Positions 1-8,555 of a stretch of DNA of 64,000 bases are shown here, piece after piece. The position numbers and the translations under genes were made by a program. This stretch comes from Pseudomonadota bacterium (GTDB lineage Bacteria; Pseudomonadota; Alphaproteobacteria; Rhizobiales; Rhizobiaceae): the NCBI GenBank assembly GCA_039180085.1, contig JBCDDX010000017.1, positions 4,117-68,116 of the forward strand. Reading direction: 5' to 3'. The notes beneath the pieces are model-generated. The model did not search any database, was not told the DNA's origin, and was given only the letters and a program-made list of their open reading frames with translations. Positions within the stretch are counted from its first letter, which is position 1. Every line of letters begins with the position of its first letter.

Positions 1-1
1 C

Positions 2-1270
2 GAAGGCGCCTTCAACTGGGCCAGCTATGACACATACAAGGCCTCAGCGCCCGATCTGAAAGGCCAGGACCTTTCCGTATTCGGCCCCTGGACTGGCCCT
101 GAGAAAGACAATTTTGGCGCGCTGCTGGCTTACTTCAATGCAGCAACCGGCGCGAACGCGACCTATGCGGGTTCGGACTCGTTTGAGCAGCAGATCGTGA
201 TTGATGCGGAAGCAGGCTCAGCGCCGAACATTTCGGTTTTCCCACAGCCCGGCCTTGCAGCCAACCTCGCTTCGAAAGATCAGCTGACACCACTCTCCGA
301 CGATATGGCGAAATTCGTTGCCGACAATTTTGCGGCGGGTGAATCCTGGGTTAATCTCGGTACCTATAAGAACAAGGCCGGTAACGACGCCTATTACGGC
401 TTCTTCTTCAATGTGAACGTGAAGTCGCTCGTCTGGTATGTGCCGGACAATTTTGAAGATGCCGGATACGAAATTCCAAATTCCATGGAAGAACTGAAGG
501 CGCTGACCGATAAGATCGTTGCTGATGGCGGGACGCCATGGTGCATCGGTCTGGGTTCCGGCGGCGCAACCGGCTGGCCGGCAACCGACTGGGTTGAAGA
601 CATGATGCTGCGCACACAGGCACCGGAAGTCTATGACCAGTGGGTGGCCAACGAGATCAGCTTTGATGATCCGCGCATCGTAGCCGCGATTGAAGAGTTC
701 GGCGCTTTCGCCCGCAACGACAAATATGTCGATGGTGGTGCCGGTGCGGTTGCAACGACCGATTTCCGCGACAGCCCGAAGGGTCTCTTCACCTCGCCGC
801 CGAAATGCTACATGCACCGTCAGGCATCGTTCATCCCGGCATTCTTCCCCGAAGGCACGAAGCTCGGCACCGATGCTGACTTCTTCTACTTCCCGGCGTT
901 TGCTGACAAGGACCTTGGCACACCCGTTCTGGGTGCCGGAACGCTGATGGCGATCACCAATGATTCCCCTGCTGCGCAGGCGTTCATGGATTTCCTGAAA
1001 ACACCCATCGCGCATGAAATCATGATGGCGCAGGGCGCGTTCCTGACACCGCACAAGGGTGCCAATCTCGACACCTATGAAAGCGCATCGCTGAAGAAGC
1101 AGGGTCAGATTCTGACCAATGCTACGACTTTCCGCTTTGACGCGTCGGACCTGATGCCCGGCAAAATCGGCGCGGGTGCTTTCTGGACCGGCATGGTTGA
1201 TTATGCGGGCGGCAAGGCTGCCGGTGAAGTTGCCAGCGGCATCCAGAAGGAATGGGACGCGATCAAGTAA
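2..1270 (+). CDS. aglE: alpha-glucoside ABC transporter substrate-binding protein (5'-truncated by window edge)
   Basis: The frame of ORF 197..1270 is open from base 2 (EGAFNWASYD...SFEQQIVIDAEAGS). Sugar-binding-protein motifs WCIGLGSGGATGWPATDWVED and FRFDASDLMPG; first gene of a permease-permease-GH13-ATPase operon. Confidence 0.85.
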   Translation, partial: EGAFNWASYDTYKASAPDLKGQDLSVFGPWTGPEKDNFGALLAYFNAATGANATYAGSDSFEQQIVIDAEAGSAPNISVFPQPGLAANLASKDQLTPLSDDMAKFVADNFAAGESWVNLGTYKNKAGNDAYYGFFFNVNVKSLVWYVPDNFEDAGYEIPNSMEELKALTDKIVADGGTPWCIGLGSGGATGWPATDWVEDMMLRTQAPEVYDQWVANEISFDDPRIVAAIEEFGAFARNDKYVDGGAGAVATTDFRDSPKGLFTSPPKCYMHRQASFIPAFFPEGTKLGTDADFFYFPAFADKDLGTPVLGAGTLMAITNDSPAAQAFMDFLKTPIAHEIMMAQGAFLTPHKGANLDTYESASLKKQGQILTNATTFRFDASDLMPGKIGAGAFWTGMVDYAGGKAAGEVASGIQKEWDAIK

Positions 1271-1309
1271 GCTCTGCGGCTGAACGCGTTACCTATTCAA
1301 CCAAACAAA

Positions 1310-1334
1310 GGCACGGGCAGATGATGCCCGTGCC
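1310..1334 (+). terminator. intercistronic stem-loop after the SBP gene (mRNA stabiliser or partial terminator)
   Basis: Perfect 10-bp stem GGCACGGGCA-gatga-TGCCCGTGCC; no U-tract. Confidence 0.6.
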
Positions 1335-1439
1335 GCTCCGGTCGCTATAGAACGGGCCTCGCATAGAGCGAAAACGTTACTCCAATAATAAGAGGCGCAA
1401 AGCCCTTCTTCTGGACGAATCCGCAAGGGGGAATCTGCC

Positions 1440-2588
1440 ATGTCTGCTGAGACACACAGTTCGTCTGCCGAATATACCGGTGCAAAGGCGAATGGACTGA
1501 TCGTAACTGCTGCTCTGGTTTTGCTGATCATGCTCGGCGGTGTTGCCCTGAGTGCAGCGCTTGCAACGGTGGCTTACATCGCCCTTTCAGGTTTCATGAA
1601 CCAGGCGCTCATGCAGGCCATGCTGGTGATGGTGCTGGGCGTGGCGGCGTGTCTAGGCTATTTCTGGGGCAGCAATCGCTTTCTTGATACGATATACCCT
1701 GCACGCGGGCAGGATGCTGCCAGCAATATTCTCAAGGCCAATCAGATCCGCCCCTGGCTTTTTCTCGGGCCGGCGATTGTTCTTTTGACGATCTATCTCA
1801 TCTATCCTGTTTTCAACTCGATCTGGCTTTCGTTCCGCGGCCCTTCCGGCGACACATCTGTCGGGCTGGACAATTATCGCTGGCTTGCGAGCGACCCGGC
1901 GTTTCGTGAAAGCTTCTTCAACAACATTCTGTGGCTGATTGTCGTGCCCGCAGCTGCCACTGTGTTCGGGCTTATTGCAGCAGCACTCACTGATAGGATC
2001 AGCTGGGGCAATATCGCAAAGAGCCTGATCTTCATGCCGATGGCGATTTCGTTCATCGGTGCCAGTGTGATCTGGAAATTCATCTACGACTATCGCGCGG
2101 AAGGCACTGACCAGATCGGCCTGCTGAACGCGATTGTCGTGTGGTTTGGCGGCGACCCAACCGCATGGATTACGGTTCCCTTCTGGAACAACTTCTTTTT
2201 GATGGTCATTCTGATCTGGATTCAGACCGGTTTTGCGATGGTCATCCTGTCGGCGGCCCTGCGCGGTATTCCCGAAGAAACCGTTGAAGCTGCGATCATT
2301 GACGGGGCCTCCCCACTGCAGATTTTCTTCAAGATCAAGGTGCCGCAAATCTGGGGCACGATCGCGGTTGTGTGGACCACCATCACCATTCTGGTGCTCA
2401 AGGTTTTCGACATCGTGCTCGCCATGACAAACGGCCAATGGGGCTCGCAGGTGCTGGCAAACTTCATGTTTGACTGGATGTTCCGCGGCCTTGATTTCGG
2501 ACGAGCCTCAACAATCGCCCTCGTGATCATGGTCATGGTTGTGCCGATCATGTGGTGGAATATTCGCGAAGCCAGGAAGGATATGTAG
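1440..2588 (+). CDS. aglF: alpha-glucoside ABC permease
   Basis: Multiple TM helices; EAA loop LRGIPEETVEAAIIDGAS; GGGGAA RBS. Confidence 0.85.
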   Translation: MSAETHSSSAEYTGAKANGLIVTAALVLLIMLGGVALSAALATVAYIALSGFMNQALMQAMLVMVLGVAACLGYFWGSNRFLDTIYPARGQDAASNILKANQIRPWLFLGPAIVLLTIYLIYPVFNSIWLSFRGPSGDTSVGLDNYRWLASDPAFRESFFNNILWLIVVPAAATVFGLIAAALTDRISWGNIAKSLIFMPMAISFIGASVIWKFIYDYRAEGTDQIGLLNAIVVWFGGDPTAWITVPFWNNFFLMVILIWIQTGFAMVILSAALRGIPEETVEAAIIDGASPLQIFFKIKVPQIWGTIAVVWTTITILVLKVFDIVLAMTNGQWGSQVLANFMFDWMFRGLDFGRASTIALVIMVMVVPIMWWNIREARKDM

Positions 2589-2589
2589 C

Positions 2590-3729
2590 ATGTCCGCAGG
2601 AGTTGGATCACGCCCCGCCCTCAGTTGGGTCGTCAATATTTCGGTCATCCTGCTGGTGTTGGCCTGGACTTTGCCGACATTTGGCATTTTGATTTCGTCC
2701 GTTCGCGATAAGAACCAATTGGCCCTGACAGGCTGGTGGACGTCGCTGACGGCATCGGAACGCAATCTGCCTCCGGTACGCGCAAACCCGCCGGTTGAAG
2801 CGCAGGAACGCGACGGGAAATGGGTTCTGGAAGGCAATGTCTTCCGCGACGGTTCCGGCGAAGTTCGGGTGTTCGGCATTTCCTCACGCGAGCCGACAAA
2901 ATTTGAAATTGGTGAGACAGCCGAATTGCGAGACGGCGGTGTGCTGAAAGTTGAATCCAACGGCGATTATCTGATTTCTTACGACCAAAAGCCGGACGGT
3001 GAGCGTGGCCAACGCATATTCGTCACCGGCGTTGAACCACCCAAATTCACGCTCGACAATTATGACCGGGTTATCAATTCGGAAGGCCTGGGGCAGAGCT
3101 TCATCAACACGCTGACGGTAACCATTCCGGCGACGATTATCCCGATCCTCATCGCCGCCTATGCTGCCTATGCATTGGCGTGGATGGAATTTCCGGGGCG
3201 TGCGCTGTTGCTGGCGGTGGTGGTTGGTCTGCTAGTCGTGCCTCTGCAAATGTCGCTCATTCCGCTGCTGAAACTGTATACCAATATCGGCATCGGCAAA
3301 TCTTTCCCGGGGATATGGCTGGCGCATACCGGCTTCGGGCTGCCGCTCGCAATCTACCTGTTGCGCAACTACATCGCCGGATTGCCGCGCGAAATTCTGG
3401 AGAGCGCGCGTGTCGATGGCGCGACGGATTTCGACATCTTCCGCAAGATTATTCTGCCCTTGTCCTTCCCGGCGCTGGCATCGTTCGCGATTTTCCAGTT
3501 CCTTTGGGTCTGGAATGATCTGCTGGTGGCGACCGTGTTCTTGGGAAACAACGAGGAGCAACTGGTGCTGACCGGGCGTTTGCGTGAACTGCTTGGTTCG
3601 CGTGGCGGCAATTGGGAGATTCTCACCGCATCCGCCTTTGTCACAATCCTTGTTCCCATCATCGTTTTCTTTTCCCTGCAACGCTTCCTCGTACGCGGCC
3701 TGCTGGCCGGTTCGGTGAAGGGCGGCTGA
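2590..3729 (+). CDS. aglG: alpha-glucoside ABC permease
   Basis: ATG at 2590, right after the aglF stop; EAA loop LPREILESARVDGAT; ends FLVRGLLAGSVKGG. Confidence 0.85.
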   Translation: MSAGVGSRPALSWVVNISVILLVLAWTLPTFGILISSVRDKNQLALTGWWTSLTASERNLPPVRANPPVEAQERDGKWVLEGNVFRDGSGEVRVFGISSREPTKFEIGETAELRDGGVLKVESNGDYLISYDQKPDGERGQRIFVTGVEPPKFTLDNYDRVINSEGLGQSFINTLTVTIPATIIPILIAAYAAYALAWMEFPGRALLLAVVVGLLVVPLQMSLIPLLKLYTNIGIGKSFPGIWLAHTGFGLPLAIYLLRNYIAGLPREILESARVDGATDFDIFRKIILPLSFPALASFAIFQFLWVWNDLLVATVFLGNNEEQLVLTGRLRELLGSRGGNWEILTASAFVTILVPIIVFFSLQRFLVRGLLAGSVKGG

Positions 3730-3747
3730 TTATCCGGAATTTCCCAA

Positions 3748-5442
3748 ATGAACGTTCTGCACGATTTCAGAAACGACACCGCGCCTGGCGTGATCACAAG
3801 CCATCACCACGACCCCGACTGGTGGCGTGGCGCGGTCATATACCAGATCTATCCCCGCTCGTTTCAGGACAGCAATGGTGACGGTATTGGCGATCTGCGC
3901 GGCATTACCCAACGGCTGACGCATATTGCGTCGCTGGGTGTCGATGCGATCTGGATTTCGCCTTTCTTCACATCGCCCATGCTCGATTTTGGTTATGACG
4001 TTTCGGACTACAAGGCCGTCGATCCGATGTTCGGATCGTTGCAGGATTTCGACGCGATGATTGCCGAGGCTCATCGCCTCGGGCTTAAGGTGATGATTGA
4101 TCAGGTGATCTCGCATTCATCAGATCAGCATGCCTGGTTCGTTGAAAGCCGGTGCGACAAGACCAATCCGAAAGCGGACTGGTATGTGTGGGCGGACGCG
4201 AAGCCGGACGGTTCACCGCCCAACAACTGGCTGTCGATCTTTGGCGGTTCGGCCTGGGAATGGGATACGCAACGCTGCCAGTATTATCTGCACAACTTCC
4301 TTGCCAGCCAGCCGGATCTGAACTTCCACAATCCGGACGTTCAGGATGCGGTGCTCGATGTGGTTCGTTTCTGGCTGGACCGCGGGGTCGATGGCTTCCG
4401 CCTCGACACGATCAATTTCTACGTCCACAGCGCCGGGCTTGAAGACAACCCGCCGCTTGCACTGGCCGACCGCAATGATTCCATCGCGCCTGCAGTGAAC
4501 CCCTACAATTATCAAAGCCATAAATTCGATAAGAACCAGCCTGAGAACATTGCCTTCCTGAAACGCTTCCGGGCTTTGCTGGATGAATATCCGGCGGCAG
4601 CGGCAGTGGGCGAAGTGGGCGATGCTGAGCGCGGCCTCGAGCTTGTTGCCGATTACACATCCGGCGATGACATGATCCAAATGTGCTACTCATTTGACTT
4701 TCTGGCGCCCGAACCAATCAGTGCCGGTAAAGTGCGCAGCGTCGTCACCAATTTCGAAAAGACGGCACCCGACGGCTGGTCGTGCTGGGCATTTTCCAAC
4801 CACGATGTGGTGCGCCACGCGTCGCGCTGGGCCGACAAGGTGGAAGACCGTGATGGGTTTTTGAAAATGACGGCGACGCTGATCCTTTCGCTGCGCGGGT
4901 CGGTGTGCCTCTATCAGGGTGAAGAGCTTGGCATGACCGAAGCGCTGATCGCCTTTGAAGATTTGCAGGACCCCTACGGTGTTCGCTTCTGGCCGACATT
5001 CAAGGGGCGTGACGGATGCCGCACCCCGATGATGTGGAGCCACAATGCGCGCAATGGCGGGTTCTCAACCGAGTCTCCATGGCTGCCGCTGCCGCCGGAA
5101 CACAACCATCTTTCAGCCGATCTGCAGCACGGCGATCCGGATTCTTTGTTGAACCACTACCGAGACGCCCTAACGTTTCGCGCGCGGTACCCGGAGTTTT
5201 CCAAAGGCAGCATCCGGTTTTTGGGAACAGATGCCGACGTTCTCACATTCGAGCGCAGCCATAACGGCAACACGATGTTCGTGGCCATCAACATGAGCGA
5301 CAATGAAGCGCGGACCAGCGCTCCGGATGAACAATTTCAGGCGCTCATTGCGCCTGGAGCCCAGGGCGAGCGGGATGGTGGCGAAATCGTTCTTCCATCC
5401 TACGGCTTCTATTTTGCCCGCAACCAAACAGCAGGGGAGTGA
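3748..5442 (+). CDS. aglA: alpha-glucosidase, GH13
   Basis: WWRGAVIYQIYPRSFQDSNGDGIGDL; catalytic motifs GVDGFRLDT, VGEV and FSNHD. Confidence 0.9.
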   Translation: MNVLHDFRNDTAPGVITSHHHDPDWWRGAVIYQIYPRSFQDSNGDGIGDLRGITQRLTHIASLGVDAIWISPFFTSPMLDFGYDVSDYKAVDPMFGSLQDFDAMIAEAHRLGLKVMIDQVISHSSDQHAWFVESRCDKTNPKADWYVWADAKPDGSPPNNWLSIFGGSAWEWDTQRCQYYLHNFLASQPDLNFHNPDVQDAVLDVVRFWLDRGVDGFRLDTINFYVHSAGLEDNPPLALADRNDSIAPAVNPYNYQSHKFDKNQPENIAFLKRFRALLDEYPAAAAVGEVGDAERGLELVADYTSGDDMIQMCYSFDFLAPEPISAGKVRSVVTNFEKTAPDGWSCWAFSNHDVVRHASRWADKVEDRDGFLKMTATLILSLRGSVCLYQGEELGMTEALIAFEDLQDPYGVRFWPTFKGRDGCRTPMMWSHNARNGGFSTESPWLPLPPEHNHLSADLQHGDPDSLLNHYRDALTFRARYPEFSKGSIRFLGTDADVLTFERSHNGNTMFVAINMSDNEARTSAPDEQFQALIAPGAQGERDGGEIVLPSYGFYFARNQTAGE

Positions 5443-5446
5443 TTTC

Positions 5447-6544
5447 ATGACTGGCTTGATGCTGACTGATATTCGCAAGGCCTATGGCGAAACGCAGGTC
5501 ATTCACGGCGTTGATCTCCAGATCAATGAAGGGGAATTCGTGGTCTTTGTCGGCCCGTCCGGCTGCGGAAAATCCACTCTGTTGCGCATGATTGCCGGGT
5601 TGGAATCCATCACCGGGGGCATGCTGGAAATTGACGGGCAAAAGGTCAACGACCTGCCGCCCTCGCAACGGGGCATCGCCATGGTGTTCCAGTCCTACGC
5701 GCTTTATCCGCATATGACTGTCTATGACAACATGGCGTTTGGCATGAAAATCGCCAAAGCCTCAAAAGAGGAAATCGAGGCGCGGGTGGCCAATGCAGCA
5801 TCGATTCTGCAGCTCGAACCTTATCTCGACCGCCTGCCCAAAGCTCTTTCCGGCGGGCAGCGCCAGCGTGTTGCTATTGGCCGCGCGATCTGTCGCGACC
5901 CGAAGGTCTTTTTGTTTGATGAGCCGCTTTCCAACCTTGATGCGGCCCTGCGTGTCGCCACGCGTATCGAGATTGCGAAATTGAAGGAAAGCATGCCGGA
6001 ATCCACCATGATATATGTGACCCATGATCAGGTGGAAGCGATGACCCTGGCTGACCGAATTGTGGTTCTGTCGGCCGGTCGCATCGAGCAGGTGGGCGCG
6101 CCGATTGAACTTTACGAAAAACCATCCAACCTGTTTGTAGCAAAATTCATCGGCTCACCTGCGATGAACATTGTGCCGGCGACGGTGACCAAAACCGGCG
6201 CTGCGACTGGTATTGAAATTCATGGCGGCAAGAAAATCACCGTGCCGATTGCCAGTGATGCCGGACTGAAGGGCCAGGCGGTTTCCCTCGGGTTCCGCCC
6301 GGAAGACAGCACGGTTGCTAAGGGCAAAGCAGCTTTTGTGGAAGGCGAAATCACGCTGAAGGAATCGCTTGGCGAGGTCACCAATCTTTATGTTCAGGTT
6401 GATGGTGTGGAAGAACCGGCGGTTGTGAAAGTGCCGGGTGTTGTTTCGCAGAAGCGCCACGACACAATCGGTGTCGAAGCCCCTCTCGACAAGCTTCATC
6501 TTTTTGATTCAAATGGTCAGTCATTGCTCTATCGCAATGGATAG
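5447..6544 (+). CDS. aglK: sugar ABC transporter ATP-binding protein (MalK/UgpC type)
   Basis: Walker A GPSGCGKST, LSGGQRQR, Walker B FLFDEP; ATG at 5447 after a GGGGAG RBS. Confidence 0.88.
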   Translation: MTGLMLTDIRKAYGETQVIHGVDLQINEGEFVVFVGPSGCGKSTLLRMIAGLESITGGMLEIDGQKVNDLPPSQRGIAMVFQSYALYPHMTVYDNMAFGMKIAKASKEEIEARVANAASILQLEPYLDRLPKALSGGQRQRVAIGRAICRDPKVFLFDEPLSNLDAALRVATRIEIAKLKESMPESTMIYVTHDQVEAMTLADRIVVLSAGRIEQVGAPIELYEKPSNLFVAKFIGSPAMNIVPATVTKTGAATGIEIHGGKKITVPIASDAGLKGQAVSLGFRPEDSTVAKGKAAFVEGEITLKESLGEVTNLYVQVDGVEEPAVVKVPGVVSQKRHDTIGVEAPLDKLHLFDSNGQSLLYRNG

Positions 6545-6560
6545 CTGACCGAGGTCCAAA

Positions 6561-7652
6561 ATGGTGAAAATCACAGCCGTCCGCTCGCAACGCTTTCAGG
6601 TGCCGCTGGCGGAGGTTCTGGTGGACGCCAAACACGGCGACCACACCCATTTTGAACTGATCACGGTGACCATTGAACTGTCCGATGGGAGCAGCGGAAC
6701 CGGCTATACCTATACCGGTGGCAAGGGCGGTCATGCGATCATCGCCATGATCTCGCATGATCTCGCACCGGTTCTCATCGGCTGTGATCCGAGCGATATC
6801 GAAGGCCTGCATGACGCGATGTACTGGCATGTCCACTATGTCGGGCGGGGTGGAATTGCGGGTTTTGCGATCTCAGCCGTCGACATCGCGCTGTGGGACA
6901 TTCGTTGCAAAGAACGGGGTGAGCCACTCTGGAAAATTGCAGGTGGCGCGGGCAACAGGGCTAAAGCCTATTGCGGTGGTATCGATCTCAATTTCCCGCT
7001 TGAGAAACTGCTGAACAACACGCGCGATTATCTCGCGCGTGGGTTCAACGGGATCAAGATCAAGATCGGGCAACCTACTCTGGCTGAGGATGTTGAGCGG
7101 ATTTCTGCCATCCGCGATCTCATTGGGCCGGACATCGCGTTCATGGTCGATGCCAATTATTCGATGAGCGAGCAACAGGCGATTGAGGCGGCGCGGGCGT
7201 TTGAGCCGTTCAATCTGTTGTGGCTTGAAGAACCCACCCTGCCTGACCACTACGTCGCCTATGGCCGGATTGCAGACGCCACGGGTTTTCCCCTCGCGAT
7301 GGGGGAAAATCTGCATACGATGGAAGAGTTTGAACTCGCCTTCGAATACTCAAAGCTGAGTTTCATTCAACCGGACGCCAGCAATTGCGGCGGCGTGACC
7401 GGGTTTCTGAAAGTGGCAGAAATGGCGAAACAGATCGGCATTCCGGTTTGCAGCCACGGCATGCAGGAACTTCATGTCAGCCTGGTCGCCGGCCAGGAAA
7501 ATGCCGGTTGGGTGGAGGTTCATTCATTCCCAATCGATGAATACACCCTCCGTCCTCTGGTGGTGGAAAATCACATGGCCGTCGCGCCGGATGATCCGGG
7601 GATCGGCGTGACGTTCGACTTCGAAAAGCTGGCGCGGGTGCACCAGCAATAG
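6561..7652 (+). CDS. mandelate racemase/muconate-lactonizing enzyme family protein (enolase superfamily; probable sugar-acid dehydratase or isomerase)
   Basis: [17 protein letters not shown] (KxK), metal ligands in VDAN, LEEP and GEN, CSHG. Confidence 0.85.
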   Translation: MVKITAVRSQRFQVPLAEVLVDAKHGDHTHFELITVTIELSDGSSGTGYTYTGGKGGHAIIAMISHDLAPVLIGCDPSDIEGLHDAMYWHVHYVGRGGIAGFAISAVDIALWDIRCKERGEPLWKIAGGAGNRAKAYCGGIDLNFPLEKLLNNTRDYLARGFNGIKIKIGQPTLAEDVERISAIRDLIGPDIAFMVDANYSMSEQQAIEAARAFEPFNLLWLEEPTLPDHYVAYGRIADATGFPLAMGENLHTMEEFELAFEYSKLSFIQPDASNCGGVTGFLKVAEMAKQIGIPVCSHGMQELHVSLVAGQENAGWVEVHSFPIDEYTLRPLVVENHMAVAPDDPGIGVTFDFEKLARVHQQ

Positions 7653-7676
7653 CCTTTTCGTGTTTCCGCCAGACCG

Positions 7677-8354
7677 CTATTCGGTGATCTGATCGTAGGC
7701 GAGGGCTGCCACGATATGCACCCGGCGTGTCTCACCGCCATTCAGCGCGGTGTGATAGCCGCGTGTATCGGTAAAATAGACCGACCCATCGGCGGGTAAA
7801 TGCGTGACATGATGGTTGACGATGAAAAGCGAACCGGGATTGGTGATCACCGGAATATGCAGTCTTGGCTCCGGGTCGCGATGCCATGAATTGCAGTTGT
7901 AGAGGCCTTTGGAAAGCACGCGTGTGCGGCCAATGGGAAAGCGTTTCGCCAACTCGGCATGCACCTCTTCAAAATAAGTGCCCGCGAATTTCGGATTGAA
8001 AACATTGAACTGGGTCTCGGCCACGAGGTCTTCGCGGGGCTCCTCCACGTAGCGATCATCGCCGCGCAGCCAGTAGCGGCCTGAAAGATCGTTTTCGGTC
8101 CATTCTGTCTGGCCGGGGCGTTGGGTGAGGGGCAGGGCGGCGAAACCGGCATCCTGCATGGAGCCCTGATAGGCTTCACGCGCAAGGCATTCATCCAGTG
8201 CGGCCTGCAGCCTGCCGATATCGAACTTCAGTTCGAGGCGCTGAATGCCGGGGCCGGGCACGAAATGCGCAACACTTTCAGTGTCCGGCCGGCTGGCCAT
8301 CCAGCTCTCCACAGCTGCCGTGTCTGAGTCCTGCACTTTGGTGGAAATGGTCAT
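7677..8354 (-). CDS. putative Fe(II)/2-oxoglutarate-type oxygenase (Asp/Asn beta-hydroxylase-like DSBH fold)
   Basis: HxD in SWHRDPEPRLHIPVITNPG; distal His and Arg in GYHTALNGGETRRVHIV; GAGG RBS. Confidence 0.6.
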   Translation of the reverse strand: MTISTKVQDSDTAAVESWMASRPDTESVAHFVPGPGIQRLELKFDIGRLQAALDECLAREAYQGSMQDAGFAALPLTQRPGQTEWTENDLSGRYWLRGDDRYVEEPREDLVAETQFNVFNPKFAGTYFEEVHAELAKRFPIGRTRVLSKGLYNCNSWHRDPEPRLHIPVITNPGSLFIVNHHVTHLPADGSVYFTDTRGYHTALNGGETRRVHIVAALAYDQITE

Positions 8355-8474
8355 CGATCACCTCGTTTGTCTGTCTGCGGTGCCGTTTTGTGGTTCACGA
8401 GCAACGCATGTCTGCGATTTGCGCGCAAGCTGGCAATCTGCGGTGTGGTGAAAGCGTCACGAATTTTAGACAGG

Positions 8475-8501
8475 TGACTGGCGCACTCAGCGCGCCAGTC
8501 A
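8475..8501. terminator. stem-loop between the ABC ATPase gene and the oxygenase gene
   Basis: TGACTGGCGC-actcagc-GCGCCAGTCA, perfect 10-bp stem. Confidence 0.5.
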
Positions 8502-8555
8502 GTCGGCTGGAAGTAGTCGCTCGAGCGTTTACCCGTCAGGCATTGCCCAAAAAGG

